Program-made: the position numbers and the translations under genes
The notes under the pieces: model-generated
What the model saw: only the letters and a program-made list of their open reading frames with translations
What the model was told of the DNA's origin: nothing
The model's database searches: none
Part shown: one piece after another, positions 1 to 14,416 of the stretch
How positions within the stretch are numbered: the first letter of the stretch is position 1
How the letters are laid out: the number at the start of each line of letters is the position of its first letter
From: Catajapyx aquilonaris
Lineage: Eukaryota
Reading direction: 5' to 3'
DNA length: 64,000 nt
NCBI GenBank assembly: GCA_000934665.2
Contig: KZ538405.1
Span: 1-64,000, forward strand

Positions 1-1135
1 GAAAGCATCTCTTAGCAACGACTTGCTTATAAACAAGCAGCTTGCGCGATTTTTTCAATAACTACTGGTGCCATAGAGTTGGATCACCCTGTATATCACC
101 CTTTCATTTGGTTAACTCAGAACACAAGATAGCCTTCAGGTTGGCTACATTCATCAATCCATAAAACTGTCCATTATTGGGCAAGGTCAGTTTGTGTGTG
201 TTGCCTGTCATCGCTGGTAATAATGCACCATATCATTAATAGCACGCATATGGTTCACTTCCTGTATCAGTAGTCTGTCAATAACCTAGGTGAGAAAGAA
301 GGTACGGATATGTTATTCCAACATCCCAATTTGACGAGAAGCAACAATCCTGACAAAGTGATGATGGTCCTGATTGTTGCTTGTGAAGGATTTCTTTTCT
401 CTAAATTTATGTCTGGGCTGGAATTCACTTTATATTTTTGGGGGGGAAATATGAAAATTACTTACATCAGTGAGAGCCGTAGTGCTGTGAGAGTGTGTAC
501 TTTGGAGTGCAGCTTTCCAATTGTGAATGTCAACATATCAAGAAATCACTGAGCAATAGTACAGAGATAATGCGCTTATCAAGGTAAACTTTTTACAGCT
601 TTATATGTTTGAAGTATTTCAAGGTCAATACTGAAATCAGTGGTACAAACATAACAAGCACTGGGTTGTATTATTTTCTTCAAGACATTTTACATAATAT
701 CGTTGTAGGCAGGAACATTCCGGTGTTTTGACAAATTAACAACTCGTAATTAGCAGAATCAATGTCAATTATTGTGATAGTAAGTAGTCATATTATGATG
801 CATACATGTATTTTGAGGAAAACTGTTCTTATTTGAATAATTGCATTTTTATTTACAGAATATTTTATGGTTTTTCTTTTTTACCTAACTAGTATTACCA
901 TATTTTGACGGCATATAAGACACACTTTTCCTTTTCAAAAACTGCTCAAAAGATCACCCTGCATCTTACATGCAAAAGTACACTAAAAGCTTTTTTTTTC
1001 CTAATATGATCTGTTGATATGGGAGTGTGTCTTATTAGATACCATCAAATACTGTAGCCTACTTGATGTTACATTACATAATTACAGTATGCCGCAGCAT
1101 TTGCATGACTACATGTCTGATCGTCTCTTCTGCAG

Positions 1136-1270
1136 GTATATCCCCAGGACATGCCCCTTTCACACTTTGCCAAGTTGTCGGGCAAAGAGGTCCAGAAAAT
1201 CACGGACAAGACCCTGAGGTCAAAGATCAACAGGGCGATCCACGAGGCCAGAGTACTGCTCTTTGATGCT
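1136..1270 (+). CDS. Internal coding exon (135 nt, phase 0-0), probably an upstream exon of a long MAST isoform: VYPQDMPLSHFAKLSGKEVQKITDKTLRSKINRAIHEARVLLFDA
   Basis: Acceptor TCTCTTCTGCAG ends at 1135 and donor GCT|GTAAGT is at 1270/1271. Only the phase-0 frame is open across it (other frames stop at 1215-1217 and 1264-1266). The phase fits the acceptor at 24528. Confidence 0.7.
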
Positions 1271-4200
1271 GTAAGTGCCGTTTAATTTCTCCCTGTGTGC
1301 ACGACTGGGAATGCAATTAACCCGTCCCTGTGACAGCGGTCCCCCGGAACCGGTTGTAGCGCAGTAGTGCAAACGGATAGGTGTTGACACCCCCTTTTAA
1401 TTGCGGCTAATGTGCCTGCGGGCCAGGGCGGGTACCCACTCAGGTGAGGTAGCCAGTGACGCAGCTCCTTCAGGGACACATACGTCATGGATGCCCCAAA
1501 CCACATACATTTTTTATATAGATTCTAATCCTTCATTATTCCTCACACCGTGGGGGCAATGGAGGTGGAAAGGAAAACCTGTCTGCATTAGTGTGTAAGG
1601 TTATCAGCAAAATTACATTTTCAGTGACGTAGGTTTTCAGCCTGTTGCTTCACACCCCCTGCAAGGTTAGATGCCTTCTGATTTCTACTCCACAGGATAG
1701 CATGGCGATTCGTTCAGAAATATAATCAGAAAGAAAAAGGGGGCTGGCTCTCACCAGTTAGTTTATTGTTAGGTAATGAGGAGAGAAGGTAGGCTCTGCT
1801 CCTTTCAAACCCGCCTAATTGTGAACCGTATTGTTTTCGCTCAGTCGGCCTTTTGTTTGGATGGCCTTGTGGCACAAAACTGGAGTCGTCCAAGTGTGTG
1901 CGTGGTCAACAGTGCCGTGTGCTAATTCCCCAATTAGCGGTACACATTGCGCAATTTTTTATATGCTCTGGGCGGGGGAAAAAAATACAAGCATTGTTGA
2001 CAGCCTCGTATTGATCCGTGTCTTGACATGAAGTGACTGTAAGGAGAGGGGGCTCAAGGCTTTTTCTTCAGGAAGCCCTGAAGTGGGAGTTTATCCGATA
2101 TCCTATTGTTATAGCTTTGATTGGAAGGTTGAATTGAATTTGTCCGTACCAGGTCGTGTTTGTAAACATGTTGTGTAATAATCCGGAAAAATTTGGGGAG
2201 AGCCGCATTGAAATGACGTCATTCTCAAGGTCACCTTCGTCGACCTCTCGCGGTATATGGTTGACCAAAAAGTATATTTGCAGCCAAGTTATAATTTATT
2301 TTTAAGAAATCCTGGCAGTGCGACCAATTTTTTGTCAGAAGGAAAAATAATTACAGTGCAAGTACATGCGTATTGAAAATGTGAAAAATTTCTTTAGAGT
2401 GCCCCTTTGGGCATAACCCGGTAGATATGATCTGTCTTTATCCCCTTGAGAGAAACTCTGGCTCATGAAGAGTAATTACCTCTGGGAAATCACTGGGCCA
2501 AGCTGCCTGGTGTCAATCAGCCGGCGGCGGGGCTCCTCTTGGAGCTTTGCTTGTGTCATCTCCCTTGCCCCATGTTTTGCTCTTGTGGAGGAGGGACACT
2601 GCCATGGGGATAATCAATTAGTTTGAACAGGGAACCGACGGAGGCAGCATTTAATCACACACACATCGAGTATATGGTGGGGGTGCTTTTGACCGGAGGA
2701 GACGATTAATTGCGGAACACTGCCCTAATCAATCAGCGGAGAGGCCGACGGTTATGCTGTGAAACCATGGTGCAAAAATGGCAAGGAAATATAATAAAAT
2801 AATGAAATAGGATATTCGCAATATTGGGCCTACTTGCATTCAACATGACCTCATATTTTAAAATATTGGCTGCTATAACTGCTTTAAAATTGTTAACCGC
2901 ATTACCCCCCAAAAATTCGAGACACAAAATTATTCTTGGCGGCACCATGCAATGTAGATGGACGTTTTAAAAGCTACAATTGGTTTCACTGAGGGGGTTG
3001 GGGAAGAAGTTTTGGCATTGTGTGGCAATGTCTTTGAGGAATTGGAAAGAAAAGAATGTTCATTTCCACTCGGAAATTAATTCTAAAATATTTTTGGGGG
3101 GGAGGTTTTGATGGCGGGAAGTTTCTGGAGCAGTTGCAAAGCTTGCGAGCGAAGTGGGCCGCATCGTGGTGGACTTTATTGTTAGAATATGCCCGTCTGT
3201 ATATTGACCTATTTTATTTTAGCTTAACATATCCCGTGTACTTGCATTGTGCTCAGGTGCAGATCCAGGTGAAGCTTCCTGCAGCATCTTTGCCCCGGAT
3301 ATCGATTCAAGCTATTTTACCCTGCCTTGAAGCATGTGCACGTCTTGCGTTTAAATATTTTAAGAGCTTTTTTTTTTTTGCAGGGTCAATTGCGGCTTAG
3401 ACAAATTACGATGCCTCCAGAGAGAGATATAGGTTGGACGAATCCACCTGTTGCACTTGGTCCGGATTGATTTCGTAAAAAAAAAGGGGATCTGAACTCT
3501 ATGAGACACATACCAGCCTTGACCTGAAGGCACATACTGTGTGTACATCCGGTGGTATCGATTTTGCGGCGTACTACAAAAGCTCTTTTGGCGGTACTGC
3601 CAGGTGTGAACCTGGAAAAAAAGAGAGAGGGATTTACCGGATATTTCTCCAGGGAACATAGGATCGATGGTTGATGCTGTGAGGATAGATGATGATCCTG
3701 AATTTCCTACATCCCCCCTTTTTATATATACTTCGGATTCTCGGGATGGAATTGAAAATCGTGATGGCGAACAAGGCACACAAAAGGAACCACATTCAAA
3801 AGGCGGAAACTGGGTATATAGAGGGTGTCAATAAAACAGTTCGTGTGTGAGCTGTCGCCTCAAGGTTTGACAAGCCTTGTAGCCGAATTGGGCATTATTA
3901 TATCATTAAATTAACGGGCGGTTGTCAGAGTGACGTCTTGTTTTTCTGAGGTTTTAAGCGGGAATGTTTGAGCGGTGCATGTCAGGCTGATTAAACCGCC
4001 GGACAATCCGCTTTCGAGAATCAAAAGGTGTGTGGCCGTGACGTGTGTTTGCATTCTGGGGAGCTTGTTTTGACGAAACTGCATTCGCGGTTTGGGCGTA
4101 ATCATCTGGGGATTTGCGTTGGATTCGTCTGTAATTTCAGCAGTTGGCTGTGTATAATCCGCGTGATTTCCTTTGGAATTGCTGGAGTGGGCGGGTCATC

Positions 4201-4878
4201 TTCTGAGAATAATGGGAATAATGCCTCTAACGTAAATTGACAAAAATTCAATGAGTCGGCATCCTTGGGATGCTGTATTAAACCACTCCAAATAATTTGT
4301 GCTGGCCCCATATAAGTAATGAATTACTGCTTCATAAAAAGCCGAATGCCAGTTTCTATGGCGCTTTCAGTCTTGATTACTGTAAGCATAAAGGGACCTG
4401 TAACACCCTCTGTACCTTGCCGTATTGTTCAACAGTATGAAAAGGAGAGAGAGAGAAAAAAAGCACTGCCAACTTCCATTTTCAGAACGTATAAGCCGCC
4501 CATCTCCAGAAAGGGAAACCTCGAAAGGAGTAATCTTCTTTTCTTTGAGGCAGACAACCTTTGAACTCGGACGTAGGCTTCAGTTTTTGCTGCCTGGTAA
4601 CCGTGGAACCGGATCTAGGAAGGAGACGTCTGGTCTGCCTTTTTGTGTGTGTTTGCTATCAAGGCGCGCGAGAAGTTGAGCAGCGTAAATCACGCCCTCG
4701 CACGTCTCTCAAACTCGGCGCCATATTTGTCCGGAACCTTTTTAAAACTTCATGTCTGTCGTGCACGGACAGTATCAGACGCGGCGCATCTCAGGGTCGG
4801 ATTCCGAACTTCGCGAGAGAGGAATTTTTCCTGCACGCTGGTTTAGGGAGTACTCAGGGTCAGTTGCCCCTTCCAAAG

Positions 4879-4908
4879 ATGGATGGGACCAGGATTTTTC
4901 GAGGTCAG
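4879..4908 (+). CDS. Candidate short alternative first coding exon of MAST (MDGTRIFRGQ)
   Basis: CAAAGATGG start context and strong donor CAG|GTATGT in phase 0. (GA)6 at 4445-4456 and a TCAGTT Inr-like motif at 4580 lie upstream. Confidence 0.35.
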
Positions 4909-4960
4909 GTATGTTGATGACTTGAGAATAGCATAGGCACGTAGTGTATTACTCTTAAAG

Positions 4961-5163
4961 ACTAGTGAACCCATCGCCAAAATTTGGCTATCAGTGTGAT
5001 AGTGACAATGAAACGACTGGCTCGTCGATTTACCACGTAGTAATGTTCTTCACGCATAGATGGCGCACACTCCCTCTACACACTCCTGCCACCTTCAGGT
5101 TGTGCGAGAGATAGCGGAACTATCAGGTCGGACAAACATCCCACGTAGAGAATAAGGCTATTA
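4961..5163 (+). mobile_element. Short dispersed non-autonomous repeat (MITE-like), copy 1 of 4
   Basis: Shares ACTAGTGAACCCATCGCCAAAATTTGG, GATTTACCAC.TAGTA..TTCTTCAC, TAGATGGCGC, ACTCCTGCCA and CTATCAGGTCGGACAAACATC..ACG.AGAGAATAAG with the copies at 32.4, 43.4 and 55.2 kb. Confidence 0.8.
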
Positions 5164-6051
5164 CGGAGAAATTGTATGAATTGATCGGTGTTTTTGAGCG
5201 ACTCTAGAAGAAATTGAATTATAAGGCCCTGTGAATTATGGCTTAATTTTACGAGTATCGGAAATTGCTGGGTATTAAATCATAGGGCGTGCTATCGGAA
5301 GTGCAGCCAGAGGAGGTGGCGGTGCCATTATTGTCTTAAGAGCAAGGGAGAGGATATGAGGCGTAATGTGTAAGTGTCGCATCGTGCATGAATATCACCC
5401 ACCTTGGCGTGACTTTCAAGAGGCTCGTTAGCGGGAATGTTTGTCACGTGGTTGCCATATTCGAAGCCGGACATTAGCAAGCTCCTAAATTTTACGTAGC
5501 AAGCAAACTTTGGGGGCAGAGTGTGTTTCAAAAGTATATATACGGAGGCTGAGGCTGCCTGGTTAATTCAAGACTGCGGGTAAATGCAATATTTAATATG
5601 CATTTTGTTACGCATGAGACTACCCATCATATATGCATGACTCGCGGGGAGTCTAAGCGCGCCGCATTTTAAAACGCACCGCTGATTAACGACCGCTGCT
5701 AATTAAGGCTCAAATAACCTGGAAGAACATGACCGGGAGAAATCGATCCTAATTGCCTTATAAGAAATGTTATGGGGGTGGATAAAGGAATCTGGAAATT
5801 TCGCAGTCGACCCAGTTTTGTCGAGGTCACGGGTCATCCAGGTGGGTTGAGTGGGATGATATAGAGCCACAGGTTGTCCGTCATGCTGCGTGATGAACGC
5901 GTTTCGTAACAATCGCATCGATCAATGAGAAGGAAGTGAGTCCGGGGTGGTTATGATGGCAAGGCCCGCGGTTGCGTAGAGGAACAAACCCATCCCCACT
6001 TGGCTGGCGAGGGCCACACGATGCACAGTCGGTATACCGTGTATAGTAACC

Positions 6052-6279
6052 ATGGAGGAACACATGCGACGAGCCATGAGCGAGGAAGGGAGGCCGACCA
6101 CTCGGAGACAGGAGTCGGTGACATTCGAGGAGGACATACCGGTCATCGTCAGAAGAAGGGGTTGTACCATGCGTGTCAGGATTGTCAGCGTCGACGACGT
6201 CGAGGTTGGCACACCGGTGATGCCATCAGCACCTCCGTCGTCGCCCAGAAGACCACCGTTGTTAGTAGCCTGCAGGAAG
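6052..6279 (+). CDS. MAST: Candidate alternative first coding exon of MAST (76 aa, MEEHMRRAMSEEGRP...PLLVACRK)
   Basis: AACCATGG start, GC-rich coding-like composition, and donor AAG|GTCAGT in phase 0 matching exon 24528. Confidence 0.65.
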
Positions 6280-9200
6280 GTCAGTCCAATGTGTGGTCCA
6301 CTACTTGGTTGCCAACCTGTTGACATCACAAACATGCGGTCAGGGTGATCAATTTGTGTCTATAGCTAGCCTAGCAACCAGGTAGTCTCGACTAGGTTCA
6401 TTTGGGTGCCGATTGACGTCAGGGTAGGTCACACCAAACGAAGGTCAGAATATGGACATGCCGCTTTGTTTTCCGGGGGATTGCTTGGCTGTCCAGAAGG
6501 TTGTCGCCATGGTAATGGATGCTTATGGAATCGGATGGCTCGCTGCATGTTTTAAGAGAGGCTAGGAACTCATGACCAAATGCATGAGTTGGACATCGGT
6601 GAGCACAAACGCAGTTTATTTTTAAGAGCAGCGTGGCATTTTCGCCTGAAAACCCGTTTCGCACAGATTCACTAGAAATACCGCTGTTTACTGCACTACT
6701 CGAACAAACAGCAAGTGTAAATAAATGATAAAAATATTCACGGTCCATCGATATATGGGGAAAGGTCCAGACCGCGAAAGGAATATCGGATTCGCAGGTT
6801 TTGGTTGGCGATTAGCATACACCCAGTGGACTCGCGAACCTGTAGATTCACCATGCCGTTTGAATACAGTATACAGTTTTCCAGGTGCGATCATTAAAAC
6901 TGGGGGAGGTGCCTTTGAGAATACTGCAGAGATTTTGCGAAATTACTGTCTTCCAGTCTGCACTGCATGACAATTATTGTAATGGAGGATAAATTTTTTT
7001 CCCGTTTCGAAATAAAGTTTTCAACGTATTCTTATATGGGATATGGTGCAAACCCGCCTTGTTACCAGCGAAGCACTATTCGCACATAGCAACACTGTTT
7101 TGTTCAAAGGCGCCGAGACTAGTGGTTTTTGTTGGAGCATCCCATGGGATGGACAAAAAAATCGAATTTAGCTGGAGGTTTGCACGTTGCCGATAAATTT
7201 TCTGGAGGGAAAATAAAAGCTCGGGTATATATAAAAAAATGGTAGTAACCGACAGTTTTAACGTTCATCCCAAATTTTAATGTGTCCTATAGGCCCAACA
7301 TGCTGAGCAAGCTCCGACTCTTGTCAATTAAAATAAATGGGAAGTGACACGGGAAACGCCTGGGCTTATTCTCTAACTTCTGGAATAATGTACCTCGAGG
7401 TCGAATTTTATTTTGCAAAGTGGAGTAATTGACCCAGTTTAGCAACTCCTGACCATATACAGAAGTATCGTTTTCACCTGACACCGTGCACGGAAGCCAT
7501 GTAATTGATGCCGCGAGAATAATTCCGTGATGATGGTCTAGTCATGCAGGTATATAACACTTTGTTCTAGCGCGTGTTTTAACGATTCCTCAGCAAACGA
7601 GGAAGGCCACATCCATTTTGGCCTGGAAACGAGTCCTCATTAAGGCTTAAGATGGTCTGGCAGAATTAAGAGCTGATTAGTCTTATGAGAAACCGTGCTC
7701 GATTATATATAAGGTATAATATGGCAGGATTTTAAGAGCCATAATTACGCTTGAATTTCCATCGAGTTCTTAGAAATCATTTTTGTCTGGTAACCCCTGT
7801 CTTTTTCAGATAAAAAAAATTCGCTCTAACTGGCAGTTATTCGGAAATGTCCGGAGCATTTTGGGACAGTATATAATGACAAGTTCTTTATTTACAGCGC
7901 GATTAAGGAACCAGATCGAGTAGTAGCAACGTGCCACTTGCAGTTGAAGTCCGAGATTTTTTTTTCTGTTATCATTTTTTTTTTGTCTCTGGCGAATTCT
8001 GAGGCATGCCATGGGACGACTTGCCTTCTGCAGCGATTTCCTCTTTTGTGCCAGGGCCAATTACTTGAAATCGTTTCCGGAATCGCAATAATTTCGGAGG
8101 GGTTGTGCAACGGTCCTTTCCTCCACTGATAGGTATACACAGGGTGATTTGGAGCGACGTCAATGTGATGCTTATCGGAATGAAGGTTATGTTAAGCAGG
8201 ACAGGAGGATCAGATTGTGGCGATTAGTTTATGTGGGTCTGGGATTCTGTGACGTGATGTGTAGATGGGGACGACCCAGTCGATTGACATGCTATGGACA
8301 GGGGAGGAGCGAGTAAATAATTGAAGGTATATCTGCAAGGTCGTGGCTTACGTACTTTTCGTATGTCCAGTTCCAGTTTCTGATGTTTTCAGATTTTGCA
8401 TTCTAAATCCACTCGAAGTGCGTCGTAAAGCTTTTACCATATTTTTTTTGCGCCCTAACAATGCATTCAATATTTGGAAAGGAATATTGGCGCACAACTT
8501 CGCGAATAAACTTATATGTGCACACACTGCAGATGGAGCATACTGTATAGCGTATATTTTTTTTATTTCAGTCTGGTTAAATCTACAACGCAGAATGAAA
8601 AGCAAATAATAACCAGTGACCGCTCGGAGGGTATTATCCCTCTGTACAGTACAGGCAAGAACACCGATCCGAAGTTTGTATCGACTGAACTGTGGTGCCG
8701 GCCATGAATTACAAATGAAATGGGCTAGTTCCTGGTATACTCGAGAGCCGTATAGCAAATGCAGTATTTATCGACGCCGCCGATAGTTCACTGGTGGCTG
8801 CTTCATGGGGCATTCCCCGAGATATAGTCGACGTTGCTAAGGTAATGGGCACCTATATAGTTGTTGATAGTGAACGGTGCCAAGCCGGATTCGGCGTCAT
8901 CATATCATTCACCTAGTTGAATGGGTTAAGGCTGGTCAGTCTCATAACCGGAGAAGCGACTCTGAGGACATCATTCAGACCACATTCAGACAATACTGAT
9001 TCGGATGCGATTCGGTGAAAAATGTGCCGTGCTTTGCAATGATTAAATAATGATGCGGACCATCTATCAAGCTCAGTTTCGGCCATTAAAGTTGCATAGC
9101 CCTTGGAAGCAGACGTCAGATGAGAGGAAGAATCACGACGGACAGCTTGACGTATTAGCTGCATTTGTAGGATTTTGAAATATTTATACTTAATCCATTT

Positions 9201-12200
9201 TTGGGTGTCCTTTCAAGTGTTTGATTACCCTACCACTAACGATGCTGCCGGATTCAATTTTGCGTACCTGATTTTTAAAAGCAGCTTGCTTTTTTTAGGC
9301 GGAATTAAATCACGAGGCGGTTAAAGCGCTTGGAGCGAGAGAAAAAAGCGGTGCTTCGATTTGCATGCCAAAGTATCGTGCGAGCTTGGGAGGTTAATTT
9401 CGCATCGCTCTTATGCATCTTATAAAAATTACGGGTTCTCACCTTCCGGAGCACACCGTTGGAAAAGTGCTTTTTGGGGAAAGAAAACCCTCAGGTGGCC
9501 CTCTCCCTTGCCCTCTCCCTAAAACGTGCCTGGTTTTAATGGAAGTGCAAACTTGCACTAGTAGAGCTATCCGTCTAGCCATTTCCAAGCTCCCCCGGAT
9601 CTTGTAACGGGAGAATTGCGATAAAGGTTGGAAAAGGGGGACATATCTTTTTGGCCTTAGCAAGCTTGGTGACAAATTTTGAGTCGTGTCACATAACCTG
9701 TGGCCAGTTCTATATTCTGGTAATCCGGTCCGGTACGACCTTGCAAAATCCCGTTGCTTGGACTCCCTAGAGAAGCATTTTGGCGGACTTGCAACTAGAT
9801 GCTGGGTATCTGATGCTGTTGAGTATTACATGCAGGTAGTCAGCAAAGGGACAGCATTAGGGAATACACAGGGTTGGCACTTGATGAACGACTCATTATA
9901 TGGGAGTATACATCTACCTTTCATAATACAGAGCCTCGACTTCCTTAAGTCGGTCCGCAACATTATGGGTAAGTCGAATTTTACGTAACTCGGTGCCATG
10001 CGATGTTCCGAAACCACAACGGTTTTTGCTGGATCCCCAATGTGACGGTGTTATGCAATAATGTGTCAACATACAAAAATGTCGAAATTTAAGCCCAGGA
10101 ACATATACCCAAAGGATCGTATTTCTTCAGTTAAAATCTGCATACTTCAGCCATAAATGACCGAAAAGGACACTGAATTTCACTGGTGTGACATTCAAAG
10201 CCCTTTTTCTCATAACTGTTCTGTGGGTTGACTCATTTTGCATTACATCGTCCAATTAATCTTACATAATATAAAGCAGAAAGTTTGCCGGTATGTTCGG
10301 GCTACCTAACCCACTTTCACACTACTGAGCGATTGGACTTGAACCATTGATGGCTTTTTACATGTCAAGGGAAAAGTCTGAAAACTGCATTTTCTCATTG
10401 AGTTTAAATACCCAGAATTTTGGATTTTTCCTGGTTTGCTGAAATTCTAGCATTACGATAATAATCTACACGAGTCAATAATATTTTTGGCTGCTTATGG
10501 GCAAAAAAACAACAAAAAAACAAACAATCCCGGAGGTGATGGACCATCAGGGTCTTACGATATAAGAATCTGTGACGTTAATCTTTGGTTTCAAATGTCA
10601 AAATGGGGCGAACATTGGCTTGTAAGATACATATTGGCAAACTAGTGACTCTCCCTGACCTCTGACGCACATTATGGACAATAATGGTGCCGATGCTAAC
10701 CTATTTAGGTGAGCTATACTGTAATGCTCTTTCTCTAGCTCCTGTTAGCGACATGCGTGAAGTCCAATACAATGCGGAATCTATGTACAGTACTGAACTA
10801 TACAAAAGGTTCATTGACAAGAGGCAGTTGTTGGAGGCATATTGGCTACAAAAGAGGCTCTCGATTTAAAAGCATCTTGACTTGGAGAGGTGCTCACTTC
10901 GAATTCTTTCCTTTTAGCGGATTTCCTTCCCTTGTGTTGATTCCCTTGACTCTCGGTGAATACCCCCCCTTTTCCCTTTGAGTATAGCCGGCTTCTAAAG
11001 CGGGAGCGTTAAGTGCAACAAACGCTTCATTAGCATCTAGACGCGCTTTTTTTTTTTTTTCTTTCTTTCACCCGACAAATTCTCACGGGCTGACGCTCGT
11101 ACACGGTTTGAATCGCGGTTTAATGACTCATAAAACGTTGCCAGGGACCGTTTGTTCGATGTTGAGCTCAGCTGAATAGGAGGATGGTGTTGTGACCTTT
11201 TTTTTGTGGGTGCGATTTGGGCAGACGCAACAATATGCCTGTCCACTAATTGGGCTCTCTTTTTTTGAGAATTTATATATGCATGTCGTTCTGAAAAAGA
11301 ATTTATGGGTTGTTCCACTGCGGTACTTACAACACTCTAATATTGTGTTAGGGGTACTAATGAGGGCTCCACAACTAGTTTATACCACCTGGAAGAGCAG
11401 AGGACATGGTAGCTGATTTTTAAAAAAACATTTATTAATCGCTCAGACTGTAATGCAAACAATATGTGCTGATATTTAAAACTGTGGTTCGAGTTGCTAA
11501 TTGAAAGGGTAGGTTTTGCATTTACATTTGTGCCGGACTGTTGAGTGTGTGGATTTGTTCCTAATTTGAGATTTGTATTGGGGGGGGGGGGGGGGGTGAA
11601 AATATTTGCATGCAACGAGCTGATTGGATCAAAGTTTGCGGGTTGGTGTACTGTACGCCGTGCGGGAAGTTGGGCAAATGAAACATTGCAGAGCCGAGTT
11701 GAGCCCCCAGATAAATCATGCTTTTGCGAATGGAGTATCGAATATTGTTTTGCACGCCAATACCGAGCAATTTGACCAGGTACAAAAAAAAGAGGAGGTT
11801 CGAGGTAGATCGAACCATTGTTATACAATGCCTGGAGCAGTAATTGCAGCAGTGCAATTGTGCAATAGTTTGAGTATAGCAATGCTAGGCTGGCGATTTT
11901 TTCTTTCCTGTGCGAAACAGGCTCGCAGACTACGTGGGTTGTAATGGCCTTCTTTTTGCAAAGGGAATCACATTCGTCAGCAGCTGAATTCCGCAGTACT
12001 TATAGTTGTAGCACATGCAATGAGTGTATACATCTCAGACCGCTTAAGCCATCAGCAGAGTCTTTGATGGGAGGATTTACCTTGACTACTTACAGCATTG
12101 AAACCTGACTAATGACTCGGAGCCAGTCAGCCAGACGGAGCATAAAATGATTGCGAAAAAATTGCAAAAAGGAATGATGGAATGGTTTTAGAATTAATGA

Positions 12201-14318
12201 GCAAATAGAAGCTGCGGTTGAACGTAATTCAACTCTTCCAAACCCAGCAAACGGAATAGTAATGACTGATGCATATGCAAAAGTTTTTTTTTTTTTTTTT
12301 TGCCAAGTACGACATATGAAGGTGGTTGTAATTATGCTGCAGCATGACGCGATGAATTCTGAAGCGTGGACATAACTGCTCCGAGTTTTTAGTTTGGAAT
12401 TTTTTGGCATGGGGTTTCAAAGTGCACATATGACCTGGAAATATAAAATGTCGGAACTCTTTTGAGGAATTTGTCAGGTTGTAATGTTTATTACATATTG
12501 GCAGTATTATTCTTGTTGAATGATATAAAATCACGCCATTCGTGCACTATTTGAATTAAGTTGAGTGAATTTTCTATACTTGCTTGTGGATCAAATTGAG
12601 CCTTTAATGCTGAATAATTAGGTTAGTGTGGATTTCCCCTCGAATAAAGAGTTAATCAAATCGATCAGCTGAGTGAATTTACAGAAAAATTTCAATTCAA
12701 AAAGATTAGGTATTATTTCTAAAAAAATATTGATTCGAAATAATTTGTACGAATATCTCTAATTCAAAATCAGAAGTGAGAAGTATGTCTCGATGGAGTC
12801 GCCGATTCAAGGTCGCCTCCGCAGTTGCACGATATTAAAAAGTAAAGCCATGTAATTGAACGTTAAGCAAACACCCATGCACCAACCGACTCTGCAAGTG
12901 TTTGCATTGACAGAACCCAAGTCGGTGTGTACACATCACTGCGATTGAATTTTTCAGTTCTGTACCACCAGATTAAAAAGGGGGGAAGAAAAATAGAGGG
13001 CTGCGGCACTCTTTGATTACATATGATAACGCGTAGCAATGTTTCATGAAGGCATGATTATTACAAACAGTACACCTGTAGATGCATGAAATTTCGGATA
13101 GAAAAACAAAGCTATAGTGCAATGTGTACATTCCGCGTAATTGCTTCAGCCACCAGCAATTTCACGCACAGTGGGATTATACGAGTGGTCAACCCCTGGA
13201 GAAAAAACCCACCAAGTTACAAATCACACCCGTCTAAAGAAAAAAAATGCCAAAATGTCGCGAATACCGCAATCATGTCTCCCTCAAGGATTTACGAACC
13301 CTCAAAAGAGCATGATTGCGGTTCTTTAAAAACACTTTCTAACCTTTTTGTTTCGGCCTAGTTGGCCGTAGTGGCGTGGCATCTAAGCCCTTCCCACCAC
13401 CACCATCACCACCACGTGAACTTTAAATCCTCATTGATGCCCAGTCAGGTGAACTGGGCAGGTGTATATATGTGTGGGCAGTGTTTTTTCAAGGGGAAGC
13501 TTTTTAAATGCGTGGGATTTGAAGCGTAGGAAGCTTTTTGTATTGAAATATTTTGTTTCTGTGTTTCATATATACGTGTGGTTTCCAATTTGGTGCGTTG
13601 ACGCTGCTGGTGGGGTAAGTGGAATATCGGTTTGTTTGAATGTGGTGGGTATACAGTGCATTTGAAGGGTCGAGAGGTTTCATTGTCCGACCTTGCAGGT
13701 GACACGGGTTGAACGCAGTTGTTGACAAAAGCCTCTTGGTGTCATCGTGATGTGGGAGGAAACCTGATGTGCGGATAAGCCACGAGTTGTAAAAATATGC
13801 TGATCCGCATTGTTTCGCTGTTTTACCGCATGTCAACCGATATTTGTCCGCAGTCTGGTTTGAACGTATTTAATTACCCAGTTTGTGTGGTGTATTGCGA
13901 CAAGCTAGTATACAGTAAACTGATATGCAGCCAATAAATGGTAAATGTCGCATGGGGTGGTAAATGTTACGAACACGTAAAATACACAATAGATTAACCC
14001 AGATATGCCTGGATTATTTATTCGCTCATGTTAATTCGTTAATATTTTTAAAAAAATGAACAAGTGAAGATCTGACACAATAACTAAAAATCCAACATTT
14101 GGGCAAGTGTCTTATGTACAGGACGTTGTAGTCTTCAATCTTGAACGTTCACACATCGAAATACTTCGCATTGGAGACGTGTCTCTTAATTTCAGTGCAC
14201 TTCGTATGGTATTGAATTTAGAAAGACAAGCTATCACTTTGTGGTCTCTATTCGGTTTTTGTTTGACGTTGAATCTGATACGATTCATCCCGAGGGAATG
14301 CCATTTTCATGTCCTCCT

Positions 14319-14321
<3 letters not shown>

Positions 14322-14414
<93 letters not shown>
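14322..14414. repeat. (TA)n microsatellite, ~46 units
   Basis: Uninterrupted TA run. Confidence 0.99.

Positions 14415-14416
<2 letters not shown>

Noticed and set aside
11337..11882. 181-aa minus-strand ORF
   Set aside because: Non-coding composition, spans a G/C homopolymer, and has no domain or splice support for a nested gene.
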